64,000 nucleotides of DNA from contig NC_058131.1 of assembly GCF_016433145.1 (NCBI RefSeq), positions 570,491,453 through 570,555,452 of the forward strand, given 5' to 3'. Below, piece by piece: positions 37,200 to 50,500 of this stretch. Below the pieces are notes generated by a model. That model did no database searches. It was given only the letters and a program-made list of their open reading frames with translations, and was not told the DNA's origin. The number at the start of each line of letters is the position of its first letter. Position 1 is the first letter of the stretch. A program made the translations under genes and the position numbers. This DNA comes from Gracilinanus agilis. Lineage: Eukaryota.

Positions 37200-37710
37200 T
37201 GATTTTTTTATTCTTCAGTAATGTTTTGTTTTTCCCAAATTTTTAGCATTTGTTTTCTAATATCTTGAGTTCCAAATTCTCTCCCTCCCTACTCTATCTC
37301 CTCCCTGAGGTGGTAAGCAATTTGATATAAGTTATACATGTGCTATTATGCAAAACATATTTCTGTATATGTCATGTAGAAAAAATACACACCAAAAAAA
37401 TGAAGAAATAAAGTGAAAGATAGTATGTTTTTGTTTGTATTCAGTCTCCATCAGTTCTTTCCCTGGTGATGGATAGCACTTTTCATCCTAAGTCCTTCAA
37501 AGTTACCTTAGAAGTTATTGTATTGCTGAGTCTTTCATAGTTGATCACAGTTCAATATAGCTGTTACTATGTACAATGTTCTCCTGGTTCTGCTTACTTT
37601 ACTTTGTATCAGTTCATGTAAATCTTTCCAGGTTCTTCTGAAATCTTGTTGCTCATCATTTGTTATAACACAATATAGTATTCCATTACAATCATATAGC
37701 ACAACTTATT
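37200..37710 (-). mobile_element. Older marsupial L1 3' region
   Basis: Similar to the blocks at 48180-48870 and 58130-58300 (cagactccatcagttcttt..ctggaggtggatagca..tcctaagtccttc). Confidence 0.75.
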
Positions 37711-39209
37711 CAGCCATGGGGGGGGGGAGAGGGGGTGTCAGGTGGTAGGGAATCTTGTTAAAGTTTTTAGTTAAATGGATTTTCAGTTCATTTTGGTTTT
37801 ATTATATATTTCATTGATCTAAAACGGGAAGCACATACAGGGATGAAGTTTTCTTCAGAAACAGTAGCCATACTACAGGATAATATGCTTTAGAGCCTAA
37901 AGGAAATTTAGAGGTCATCTGGTCCGTTGCTCTCTTTTACTCATGAGGAAACTAAGGCCTCAGGAGATGAATTGATAAACTCAAGGTCTTTCATTGATAG
38001 AATCGTTGGTTTATATCTTGAAAGGATCCTGGAAGACATCTGGTTCAGCTTCATTTTAAAGATGGGGAAACAGACCTGAGGAAGTTAAAATGACTTACTC
38101 AAGGTCATATATGTAGCAAGCATCAGATGTGAAATTCAATTCTGGGTTCTCCAGCTCTAGAGTCAATAGTTTTATCATCACATCATTTCAATGGTACAGT
38201 GCAAAAAGCACTATACTTGGAGTTGGAGGGTTGATTTCAAATCTAGTCTTTGCTCCTTCCTACTTGTGTAACCTGGGCAGGTTACTTTGCCTTAGTGGGT
38301 CTCAATTTACTCATCCATAAAATGAAAGGATTTGACTAGAAGACAATGCAAGTTCATTCCAATTCAAAATCTTGTGACCCTAAGTCACAGATCTAGGATT
38401 CAAGCCCAGGTCTATGAGTACTAAAAACCTACAGAACATTATTTTGGTCCATTTGGCCCTTGAGAACTGTGTTCTAAACAAGTCTGTTAAGTGTTTTAAG
38501 CAAATTCTCCAATGCTTTAGTTTGGGCTCAGTCCACAAGAAACTGAAAATAGGATTCTGTAGAAGTTTAATACTGGTATTTAATTATATCTGCTGGAAAC
38601 AACTCAACTTTCACCATAGCCTCCTACTAACCTATAAAAACACAAAAACATAACACTCTAAACCAGAGTACTATCCAACTGGAAGTAAAATACACAGAAA
38701 ATTGAAAAAAAACTAGAGAACAAGTTTGAGATCACAACTATAGCCCACAAAGTCTGTCTCTAATACGCTGACCTCTTATCTGATGCAGAGACTTGGGGTT
38801 TAACTAATCCCACCAACTGCTCACATTCCTAGCTACCTGCTGGCCCAAGTCCATATGAATTGCACCTAGGTAGCTGCTGGGAGGGAGAAAAGGGAAAGAA
38901 AGGCAGCTGCCCCCTGAGGTTGTCTCAGCATATGCGACAGACACATATGCCTTTTTGGCCAGTTCTCTGTATTGCCAGCCAAAGAGGGTCATGCCGTCTC
39001 CCCCTCACCATGGGCTAACCCTGGTCTCTCAACACACTCATCTCAGATGAACTCAGAGTCTTCTCCCCTTCCAAGAAGGTGGAAGCAAGCAGCTCAAGCC
39101 TTCAAAAAGGTAACATGAAAAGAAAGATTCCACCTTGTTTGAAATCATCTACACACACACACACACACAGAACACTCAAGGGCTTTTCTAACATAAAGGC
39201 TATGAGCAA

Positions 39210-39475
39210 GTTGAGACAGCTAGATGGGTCAGTGGATAGAGAGCTGAGCCCAGAGTTAAGAAGACGAATCAAAATCCAACTTCAGCCACTTTCTAGCTCT
39301 GAACCTTGAGGAAATCACTTGCCCTGTTGGCCTCAGTTTCCTCATCTGCAAAATGAGCTGGAGAACTGGCAAACTGGCAAAATGGCAAATCACTCTAGGA
39401 TCTCTGCAAGAAAACCCCAAATGGGGTCATGAAAAGTCAGACACTAAACAAATGAATGACTGAATACCAACAACA
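39210..39475 (+). mobile_element. MAR1 SINE
   Basis: Head plus gaaaaccccaaatggggtcatgaaaagtcagaca tail. Confidence 0.88.
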
Positions 39476-39624
39476 ACAAAAAATGAGCAATGCTGAATCA
39501 GAGATCACTGAAGCATGGATCTGAAAGGGGCCTTAGGAATTATTTAGGCCAAACCCTGAAAACTACAGGTGAGAAACCTTGAGGTCTGGAAAGGGGAAAT
39601 AGCTTTGCCCAAGGTCATGTAGCT

Positions 39625-39870
39625 AGTTTGCTACAGTAGTAGCAGAGGTAATAGTAATACTAGTAGTGGTTGTAGTAGTAGTAGTAGTGGTGGTGGTGGT
39701 GGTGGTAGTAATAATGGCAGGAGTAATGGTAGAAGTGATAGTAGTAGTAGTCATCATCGTAGTTGTGATAGTAATGGCAGTAGTGGTAATGCTGGTGGTA
39801 GTAGTTGTAATAGTAGGATTAATAGTGGTAGTAATGGTGGTGGTGGTGGTGGTGGTAATGATGATGATGG
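39625..39870. repeat. (GTA/GTG/GAT)n trinucleotide low-complexity block
   Basis: Direct inspection; gives the poly-Thr and poly-Val ORFs. Confidence 0.95.
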
Positions 39871-41659
39871 CAACATTTCTACAGCACTTAAAGGTAAGAA
39901 AGACTTTCCTCGTAACAATCCTTTGAGTGTATATTCCAAATATTCTCTTCCTTTTATAGGGGAGAAAAATAAGTATCACTTTCCTCAAGCACCTTCACAC
40001 AGTTAATAACTAAGGGACTAAATCGGGGAGTTGAAGTGAGGTCTAGTAACACCAAATCCAATATTCTTTCTATTATACTATAGGATAGTAGCGAACTTGG
40101 GAGTCAGGAAGACCTGAATTCAAATCTTGCTTCACACATTTACTCAAGTGGGGCCCTGGGCAAGTCTCTTAGCCTCTCTGTAAAACCTCCTCCTTCTTCA
40201 TCTGTAAAGTGAAGAGTTTGGGCTCACTGGCCTTCCAGGTCCCTCGTGCCTCCGGGTCTGAGCTTCTAGGACGCTTTGGGCCTGGGGGTCTCTGTTTTGA
40301 AACCCAGTTCCACTGCCTGGCACAAGCCCAGACAAGATCTGTCCTCTATCTTGCCCTCAGGTTCCTCATCTATAAAAGAAGTTGGACTTGAGCGGTGTGG
40401 TATGGTGGAAAGAGAACTGGATTGGAAGCCATTTAGATAGACTCCCCAACCTGCCAGGCATCTGGGCTACCTGTATAAAAAATGCTACTTTCTTTCTTGG
40501 GTAAAAACAAAAACAAAAACAAAAGGCCATGGGGGCCCCAGGGCTGGAGTGCAAAGCTCTGACTAGCCTTGAGCTCCAAGATTTATGGGATTTCTCTACT
40601 TTCCCCATAGAGGGCCTCCCTTCCTATGCCTAACCCCCTCCACCCCCAATAAAAGAATTAATAAAATTCTCTGGCCACTAGTTTCAGGGGAGGGTGGAAG
40701 GACACTTTTATTGTGGCAATCCCAATACCACTGAGCCAAGTGGCCTTTTGGGCACTTAAAAATGTTTTTCTAATACTGCCAAGCAGTCAGGGGACAGAGT
40801 GAATCAGTGTGTAAAGCTAAAGGGAGAGCACATGGACGAGAGGGTCCAGTTCCACCACATTAATGGAAGAAGTGAACACATCACCCAGCCTCTTAGAGGC
40901 TCCTCCAATTCAGTGACTTCCTTCTACCGTGAACATTGGCTCCTTCTCGTTCCATCCTACAATTCTCCCGCAGTGGGGATGCCCTTCCATCTCTTCTGTA
41001 ACCATCTCTTGGGGACGGGTATTGTCTCAGGGCTGAAGCCTGCAGGGATGTCCTCATTCGTCTGGGGCAAATGCTTTTTGGCTGAGGCTTTTGTGGCATG
41101 ACCTAAAGGGTTCCACTTCACCCATCAGAAGTCGTAGGAAAAGCAGTCATGAAGTTTAGCTGGGGCAAAAATGGTCCTATTTCCTACCACGGATTCAGAT
41201 TTAATTCATCCCAAAGGCTGTGGCCCACAGAAGACACCTTACAGTTTTGTTGTTCAGAACAGGCTTTTGGAGAACTGGTGAGTTGCTCTACAACACTGCA
41301 CAAGGGCAGAGAAAGTTCTTTCTTTCCAGGTCAATATTATAGACTATGAGAAGGAATCAATGTGTAATTTCAGCCATAAAGTTCTCCCCAACCCTCAAAA
41401 AGTTTGAACAGAAAAAGTTGTCACTTTGAAGGGTAAAAACAGAGTGCTATGGAGAGGAAGAACATCTTATAGTTATTTTTTTAACCCTTACTTTCTGTCT
41501 TAATAAAAACTCTAAGACAGAAGGGCAAGAGCTAAGCAATGGGGGTTAGGGCACTTGCCCAGGGTCACACATCTAAGAAGTGTCTGAGGCCAGATTGGAA
41601 CTCAGGTCCTTCCAACAAGAGGCCTGGTGCACTATCCACTGTGCTACCCACCTATCCTG

Positions 41660-42080
41660 AAAGCACTAGCATTAGACTTCTTGTAGGTAGCAGGACTTTA
41701 GCTGAGAAGTGAAGGAAGCCAAGGAAGCTCAGGGGTGGAGAGGAGGAAGGAGAGAGCTCCAAGTCCAAAGGACAGCCAGTGAAAATGGGCCAGTCCAGAG
41801 GCGGAGTGTCTAGTCTGAAGACAAGGAGGCCAGTGTCCCTGGATCACACAGCCCATGGGAAGAAGACAAGCAAGGCTGGAAGAGGTCAGGTTATAAAAGG
41901 CTTTGAACATCAAACAGAAGCTTTTATATTTAATCCTGGAGGGAATTAGGGAGCTGCTGGAACTAACTGAATAGGAGAGGAAATGGTCAGATCTGGGCTT
42001 TAGAAAGACTAATCTGGACAGCTGAATGGAGCATGGACAAGAGTGGAGGGAAACTTAAAACAGGAAGATCAACCAGAGGA
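41660..42080 (-). mobile_element. L2 fragment
   Basis: aggtcaggttataaaaggctttgaacatcaaacagaag..tttaatcctggagg..ggtcagatctgggctttagaaaga reverse L2 pattern. Confidence 0.75.
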
Positions 42081-42419
42081 TCTGGGATTTTACGGATAGA
42101 TGGGAAATTCCCAAGCTGAAATTCCTTTCACTAATGCAGCTCAGCCATATGAATCACCTGGTAGGGAAAGAGTGCACTGAGAGATTAAATAACTTGGCCA
42201 TAGTCTCACTGTGAGTATGTAAATGAAACAGGACTTGAACCCAGGTCTTCCTGACTCCAAGGTCAGCTCTCTAGCTCCTAATAACTTATTTAGGACTTGG
42301 AGGTGTACAAAACACTTTATATACATTATTTCATTTGATTCTCACAACCACTTTGTAAAGAAAAAGATATTACTATCCCCATTTTACAGATGACAAAACT
42401 GAGGTTCAGAGATATTAAT

Positions 42420-42615
42420 TTTTTAACTCTTACCTTCCATCTTAGAACCAATACTGTGCATTAGTTCCAAGACAGAAGAGTGGTAAGGGATAGGCAATGG
42501 GGATTGAGTGACTTGCCCAGGGCCACACAGCTAGAAAGTGTCTGAGGCCAGATTTGAACCCAGAACCTCCCGTCTATAGGCTGACTCTCGATACACTGAG
42601 CTACCCAGCTGCTCC
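42420..42615 (-). mobile_element. SINE1_Mdo
   Basis: Full reverse copy. Confidence 0.9.
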
Positions 42616-42747
42616 CCAGAGATATTAATTTGCCTAGAGCGCACAGAGCTAGTTAGTGGGGGAGGAACTAAACCCAAGTCTCCCTAATTCCATATCCAGT
42701 GCCCTCACCATACCACACCGTGCTGCCTCTTGATATACATAGGATTT

Positions 42748-42940
42748 AGGGGCAGTTAAATAACATAATAGATAGAGCACCAGGCTTGGAGTAGAGAGGA
42801 CTTGGGCTCAAATGTGGCTTCAGATACTTACTAACTGTGTGGCCCTGGGCAAGTCACTTAACCCTCATTGGGTTAGCCCGTGCCACTCTTCTAACTCACA
42901 ATTGATACTAAGATGGAAGGAAAGGGTTAAAATAAAAGAG
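42748..42940 (+). mobile_element. SINE1_Mdo-related SINE
   Basis: ggggcagttaaa..gatagagcaccaggc..ccctgggcaagtcacttaaccc..gaaagggttaaaa. Confidence 0.82.
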
Positions 42941-43032
42941 CTATCTATGGGATTTAAATTCAGAGCTATTTTCCCCCCTAATGAATACTCCTCCCCTCCC
43001 CTGCCCCCAAACAAAAAAGTTCTCTTACTCAC

Positions 43033-43082
43033 CTAAAGAGAAATCTGGCAGAACCTGAAAAAATCATCTTCCTCACAACCAT
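43033..43082 (-). CDS. Candidate alternative first coding exon of SMAD3 (MVVRKMIFSGSARFLF-R)
   Basis: Strong-context ATG (atcATGG) at 43082, 16 codons plus AG, donor AG|GTGAGT at 43032-43027, phase matches exon 2. No expression evidence. Confidence 0.4.
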
Positions 43083-46000
43083 GATTTCACACAGTTTATC
43101 TGGTGAAGAACGTCAATATTTGTTCACTTCCCAATGTAAACATGTTTTATTACCAGCCTCTTAGTCATTCTGGTTTTTTGCTTTCTTCAACAAAGCAGAG
43201 ATGCTCCCTCTGGCCCTGAGCTGGCCCACTTGCCCTCCTTTTCCCAGGGTACGTTCCCAGCCTCTTGCCTCCCTGACCCTAATCAGGTTTTAATGAATCG
43301 GTAACGGGTGAATCACTTCCTGTGGACAGTTGCACGTTTGGGAAGTAGGCTTCTTTCTTTCTTTTTTCATACTCAAGAGTCTCACGGTGTTTCTGGGTTA
43401 GATAAATGGAACGGGGAAATGATGAGAAAGAGCAATCTCTTTCTATCAAAACAAACCTTGAAGTTTCCACAAAAGAATTAATAGAATATCATATTCCTAT
43501 GAAGGAGTTGGGGAGAAGGAGAAAAGAAGAGAGAGAAGAAAGAGATGAACAGGCGGCTGAGGAGTTTGTACATGAATCGTACTGCTCAGACTTTCTTAAT
43601 TATGAGTTACTTGCTGTAGCAGAGAAACCATTTCAGAAACATTATTAATGTAAAAGCAAACAGGTCACCTCGGTGCCTGGAGAGCTGAGACGTAATATTT
43701 GAGAATAAGAGTTCACTAAAGTTAATATTTTACAGCCCCAGAAGCTGATGAATTCTAGTGAAAAGGAGAATTCTGAGTCGACACCCATAGAGGAAATAAA
43801 AGTTTAATTCCTATTGGATGACCCTCTCTCATCACAGAGTGTTCCTGCAGCCTTCAGTGATCAAGAATTCTTTAGTTTAAATACAACCAATACTGAAATC
43901 CCTTGGATTGGTATGGCAAGGTGGAGGGACAGGACTTGGGCTCTGGAAGAACTGGGTCAGAAGCCCTGCCTGGGACACACACCGGCTATGGGATCATGGG
44001 CAAACCACACAGCATCCCTTATAACATGGTGATTGTATCATCTATTGGACCTACTTCACTAGCTCGGTGTCAGGTTATTTATATAAAGTATCATTGCTGC
44101 TGTTATTCCATTAGAATGTAAATCGCTTGGGGGCCAGAACAGCTTTTAAATGTTTTTTTTTTTCCTTTTTTAAAAAAACCCTTACCTTCTGTCCTAGAAT
44201 TGATACTAAGTATTGGTACCAAGGCAGAAGAGTGGTAAGGGCTGGGCAATGGGGATTAGGTGACTTGTCCAGGGTCACCCAGCTAGGAGGTGTCCAAGGC
44301 CACATTTTAACTCGGGTGGAATGGAAACCTAGATTTTGGCAAGGAGGTTGGCGGAGGGGAGGGAAAGATACCTGATGAGCACAAATAATTTCATTAGAGG
44401 TGAGGAGGATTGAAGCCCAGATAGTTGTATTACACATTGAACAAGTCATTTGATCTTTCTGGGCCTCCAATCCCATAGTGAGCTTTGAATATCTCAATGT
44501 CTATATCCATTGGTGTCAAACTCAGAACTGTATTATCTTTTTATTTATTTTGTTAAACATTCCAATAATATAACCTAGAACCAAAAACGCTAAGGAGTTT
44601 CGCTGGCTGTTGGAGTCAAGAATGATACCTCTCGTCCTAATCACTCATCTGTGACCTGGATTGCTGACTAACTTTTCATCCCAATTAGGTTTGAATTCTT
44701 GAAAGGCAAAGATGATTCTTGCCCACCTCTTTATACCCCCTCACAAGACCAGGACAGTACTTTGCACAGACAGGCTATTCAGTAACTATTTGTTCACTGG
44801 TTGCCTTAAATAGCCTTCTGGAAGGGACCTTAGTGGTAGAATAATTGTAAAGATAACTAAACATATGTATAGTGCTTTATAGTTCACAAAGTGCTTTCAC
44901 ATACATTGTCTGATGGTGGAAATAGCCTGGACTAGAAAATCAAGACACTAGGCTGCTGGAGCAACACGGTGTATCTCGTAGAGTGTTAGCCTTAGGGTCC
45001 TGGAACACCCAAGTTCAAGTCCTACCTTTGACATATACTAATCTGTTGAAAGTTAGAACCAGAGTCCAAAATTGTTCTCGTAGTCTGGAATAATGGGCAA
45101 AGCGTATGAATTCTTCAACTATTTGAAGGATTCAATTTATTCTGTATGACACAAGAAGGCAAAAAAAAAATTGCAATGGGAGGGGTTATAGAGAGACATA
45201 TTTTTGTATTATATGAGGAAATTTTTCCTAATAATGAAAGTTGCCCTAAAGTTAAATGGAATGTTTTGAGAAGTTGTGAGAGTTTAATAATAAGAACTAG
45301 CATTTTTATAGCACTTTTTAAGTTTGAAATATTATTTCATGGGCAACTGGGTGGCTCAGTGGATAGAGTACCAGGCCTGGAGTCAAGAGGAGCTGGATCC
45401 AAATCTGGCCTCTGACCCTTCCTAGCTGTGTGACCCTGGCCAAGTCAATTAAACCCCATTGCCTAGCCCTTGCCCTTCTGTCTTAGAGTTGTGTTTAGGA
45501 CAGAGAGTGGGAAGGAGGAAGGAAGGAAATATAGTTTCGGTTGATCCTCCTGACATCCATATGAGTTTCTCCATCACTTAGAAAGTGATAGTCTTCAAGT
45601 GTCTAAAAATGATCACTTGTTAGAGAGGCTAGAAAGGGAATAAGTATTTTTCAGGATAACCTCTGTAGCTCTTCCCCAACTCTGAGATTCAGTGAACTGT
45701 ATTAAATCATGACCTGAAGGGGATCTCAGAGGTCTTTGAGTCTAATTCCCTCATTTTACAGATAAGAAAACTGAGGCCAGATAAGTCAAGTGATTTGCCC
45801 AGGGTCACCCAGCTATTAAGTATCTGAGATAGGAGTCAAATCCAGGTCTTCCTGATGCCAATCCCAGTGCTCTACCCATTCAACTACATAGCCTCACAGA
45901 CAGGATAATTTGTTTCACAGAACAAGCCCCAGTCAGCAACATTTTATGGCAACAGGGGTGCTGGCCATGCCCCAGCCCCTCCCAATACCCACTCAGCAGA

Positions 46001-46752
46001 CAACAAAGAAGTTGTATACAACAGAAGCCACAAAGTGTTTCCAGGACCTAAAGATTCCCTCCATGCCACACTTGGGAGACATTCTCCTTCTTTCCATCCC
46101 AGGAACGCCCTCAGCTTTCTGCTCCTCTGTCCAGTGATGAGAAAGCCGTATACTGGCTAAGCTCCAGACAATAACACCCCCATTGTATGTTGCAATGTAA
46201 TAGTGCAGCTGGAACTGGAGTCAGGGGACTTAGATTCAAATGCCAGCTCTTCCTCCTTCCTTGCAGCCCGTGGGACCTTAGGAAAATCCTTTCATTTTTT
46301 TTCCTGGGTCTCAGTTTCCTCATCTGTAAAATCTGTAAAATTAACTCTGAGGTTCCTTCTAACTCTAAATTTCTGATTCAGGATGCAAGAGAAACACCAA
46401 TTCATTTTTCTGCTTTTTGTAATTCTTTTTGTATCTCTAGGAGAAAACTTGATTCTAATCTCTTTGACCAGTCATCCCACATCCCAAGGCATGCCATAAT
46501 CCTAGACCAGCCTTTCCCTCACCTCTCATAATTCTGTAAAAGAAGCCTTCTCACATACATGGTGAGGCTTGTCATCATTAGAACTTGTCACAGTAAGAAG
46601 GAACTTCAGGAGACATCTAAGACCATCATTTCACAGATGAAAAAACTGAGGCCCAGAGAAGTTGGGACTTGCTTTCTCCTCTGTAAAGCCTTCCCACATT
46701 ATTGTGAGAGACAGAGAGACAGACAGAGACAGAGGGGAAAGGGAGGAGGAAG

Positions 46753-47214
46753 NNNNNNNNNNNNNNNNNNNNNNNNNNNNNNNNNNNNNNNNNNNNNNNN
46801 NNNNNNNNNNNNNNNNNNNNNNNNNNNNNNNNNNNNNNNNNNNNNNNNNNNNNNNNNNNNNNNNNNNNNNNNNNNNNNNNNNNNNNNNNNNNNNNNNNNN
46901 NNNNNNNNNNNNNNNNNNNNNNNNNNNNNNNNNNNNNNNNNNNNNNNNNNNNNNNNNNNNNNNNNNNNNNNNNNNNNNNNNNNNNNNNNNNNNNNNNNNN
47001 NNNNNNNNNNNNNNNNNNNNNNNNNNNNNNNNNNNNNNNNNNNNNNNNNNNNNNNNNNNNNNNNNNNNNNNNNNNNNNNNNNNNNNNNNNNNNNNNNNNN
47101 NNNNNNNNNNNNNNNNNNNNNNNNNNNNNNNNNNNNNNNNNNNNNNNNNNNNNNNNNNNNNNNNNNNNNNNNNNNNNNNNNNNNNNNNNNNNNNNNNNNN
47201 NNNNNNNNNNNNNN
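46753..47214. other. Assembly gap (N run) in a purine-rich/(GA)n tract
   Basis: Run of n flanked by gaga repeats. Confidence 1.

Positions 47215-47304
<90 letters not shown>
47215..47304. repeat. (GA)n microsatellite
   Basis: Perfect run after the gap. Confidence 0.97.
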
Positions 47305-47307
<3 letters not shown>

Positions 47308-48179
47308 TCCTCTTTTCTTCGTCCTCTCCACTTAACAGCCAGGTGAGATAAGCATAGTTACTCTCTTCAACAATTTGCTCCCCAAATGCACTTCCTTTGA
47401 CAAAAATGAATCACACTTGAATTTACCTACTTATTTATTCCATAGATAACAGAACAAATTAATGTTAGAAAGCCTCCAGCACCTCAGATAGATTCTCTCC
47501 AGATGCTAGATAGAAAGTTCTGGATGAGAAATACATGGGAAGAAAAGCCATGAGGGGGTTGCCAGATGTACAGGTGAATAAAGTGCCCTATACTAGTGAA
47601 ATCCCAGATACAAAGAATATTAGGTGTTCACCACATGTTTGCTTCACAGGTCCCTGTGCCTGTTTACCCATGTCACTGTGATCCAACCTTGATGGTAAGT
47701 TGTAGGAGGCAAGGATCTCAGCTCTAAATGTCTGCAGCAGAATCTGAATCCCCCAACTCCCAATTTTAGCACTCGATCACTTCATCATATTGCCCCTCAA
47801 AGAAATAATGATCTCTATTAACCTCCCCTCATTGCAGCAGTGGGGGAAATCAACCTATACACATGCCCCCACCCCTACCCTCACATATACATATATTAAA
47901 TATACTTTTAAACTAGGATCTGAATGTATTGGTTAGTTTTGTTCAATCAATCAACAAGCATTTCTTGAGCATTTACTAGTTGTAGGACACTATGCTAAGC
48001 ACCTAGGATACAAAGACAAGCATGAAACAGTTCCTGCCCTCAAGAAGTTTGTTTTATAATAAGGGGGATACCATGTATATACAGAATATATGTAAAATAT
48101 ATATGCAAAATAGTCCTGGGTTCAAATCTGCCCTCAGATACTTCCTAGCTGTCTAGGCAAGTCATTTAACCCATGTTGT

Positions 48180-48870
48180 GAAAGAACACAGACTAAAAAC
48201 AAACAAAAAACCAAGAAAACAAGAAAAAGCCAAAATATTTTTAAAAGGAAGCTTCAATCTATGTTCAGACTCTACCAGTTCTTTCTCTGAAGGTGGCTAT
48301 AGCATTTTTCATGCTAAGTCCTTCAGAATTATCTTGAATCACTATATTTCTAAGAATAGAGAAGTAATTTACAATTGATCATGATACACTATTGCTGATA
48401 TGAGTACAATGTTTTCCTGGTTCTGTTCACTTCACTTTGCATCAGTGCATGAAAGTCTTTTCAGGCTTTTCTAAAACCATCCTGTTTGTCATTTCTTATA
48501 GCATAATAATATTCCATCATAATCATATGCCACAACTTGTTCAGTCATTCCCCAATGGGTGAGAATCCTCTCAATTTCTAAATCCTTCCCACCACAAAAA
48601 GAATTGCTATAAATATTCTTGTATAAATAAGTCCCTTTTCCCTGTTCTTTGCTCTCTTTGGAAGACAGACCTATTATTACCTAGTGGTAATGCTGGGTCA
48701 AAAAGCACATACAGTTTATGCCTTTTGGGCATAGTTCAAATTGCTCTCCCAGAATGATTCTATCAGTTCACAATGCCACAAACAGCACACAAATGTTACA
48801 ACTTTTCACATCCCCTCCAATCTTTGTCATTTTCCTTTTCTTTCATATTAGCCAATACTAGATTGTCAGA
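48180..48870 (-). mobile_element. Older marsupial L1 3' region
   Basis: ttctgttcacttcactttgcatcagt..attccatcataatcatatgccacaacttgttcagtcattcccc..tgggtcaaaaag. Confidence 0.8.
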
Positions 48871-50239
48871 AGACCTTGGTGCTAGTTCTGGCTAGCAATG
48901 GTGACTGGAGGCAGGCTATTTAGCCCCAACGTCCTAAGTGTACTCTTCTATAAAAGGAAGAAATAGGATGAGATCATCTTTAAGGTTCCTTCCGGCTCTA
49001 ACATTCTATGATTTTATGACAAAGCAGTAGAGTGGTATAGTAGAAAGAGTCGGAGGGTCCAGGTTCAAATCTTGCTTCTGACACTTATTACCTATTATAA
49101 TCTTAGGCAAGTCACAATCACCCTAGAACTCAGTTTCTCCAGCTGCAAAATGAAGGAGTTAGACTATACAACATCTACCATCCCTTCTAGCCCAGGTGCT
49201 TATGACCCTATAATGTTTACTGATACCTCCCTCATCTCCTTTCCTTTAACCTTTTCACCCTGAAGAAAGTTCAGTTGCCCTAACATTGTACCTTCAGCCC
49301 TTTGAGGGTACTCTGACTTCTGTTAAAAACTCAACAGTTAAAGGTCAATGAGGCTTCTAAGAAATGCAAGAACATTTTCTCAGCTTTTTTCCTCAGGCCA
49401 ATGTCACTAAAAATAAGGAAGAAAAAAAACAAAACTCCTATCACCAAAGAGACACCATATTGTATTCGGAGACTGTTTGGTCTGCTCCCTGCCACTCCTC
49501 TTGGCTGCCCCCAAATTTTCCAAGAAGTCGGCAATCATGAGGTACACTCAAGAAAAAAAAGAGACATGAAAAATGTAGTCACAGTTACCTGTTACACCAA
49601 CGCTTCCAATAAGTAACTGACGGAATCCTAAGAAACCCACACAAAACAATGACTGAAAAGTTTCCAAATGAACAAATTTAGTGCAGAGACCCTATCGTGG
49701 GAGAAGTGAACCCCCAGGAATTCCACCACTCAACCTTTAGACAGGTATTTTGTGAATGGCGGCTTTCCAAGAAGAGAGAGCATTGAAAACCACTGGGCTC
49801 TACTAATATAAAGAGTGCTAGAAGGCAGGAAACCCAAGTTCCCATCCCAGCTCCACCTCTAACTAACTGTGTGACTGAACAAATTGTGTCATCTCTTGGG
49901 GCCCTGGTTTTCAGACCTTTAAATGATGGAGCTGGAACAATGCCTTCCGAGTTCTCTTTCAGCCTTTTCTAGAAGATTCCATGGCAAAGGGGCAGTGTGG
50001 TACAGTGGAGAAAAGAGTCTGAGAATGCTCTTAGCCTCTCCATCTGCCTCAGCACAGCTGTCACCCTTAAGTTCACAGTGCCATTGCTGATAGCAATGCA
50101 AGCCATAACTCCGAAGAGTAGGAGGAGGAAAGGTCCAACAAAGAAAATGCAATCTGGACTTTGCCTTTTCTCCATCCATTCTCCACTCTGTATTTTGAAA
50201 AAATTAAATTAAACATAAGAACTTTCTATTTTCTGGAAC

Positions 50240-50500
50240 TCTGAGTGTGTGTACATGCACACATGTGTATATGGCATAAATTGCCATGTGCATGTGAAAT
50301 GTATGTATTGTGCACAGTGAGGGTAAATGTGGAGGTGAATATGTGTACAAGTAACAAAAGGGAATATATTGGTCATTGTGTATTTTACATGTATGTAAAT
50401 GTGCGTGTACACACATATGTGCATATACACATATGTATATGTGTATGCATACATATATAAAACATATATGAATGTGTACCTATATAAAACAAAAAGGAAC
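50240..50500. repeat. TG/TA low-complexity tract
   Basis: Direct inspection. Confidence 0.85.

Noticed and set aside
38900-38922. CTCF-like motif (cctcagggggcagc; similar word near 2630)
   Set aside because: Only a partial match to the core; cannot be supported without PWM scoring or ChIP.
39623-39988. Mucin-like poly-Thr ORF (and poly-Val on the opposite strand)
   Set aside because: Trinucleotide simple repeat; no splice sites linking it to SMAD3.
46559-47351. 200+ aa ORFs with RE/SL repeats
   Set aside because: Artefacts of the N gap and the (GA)n microsatellite; the same applies to the ORFs spanning 20505-20676.
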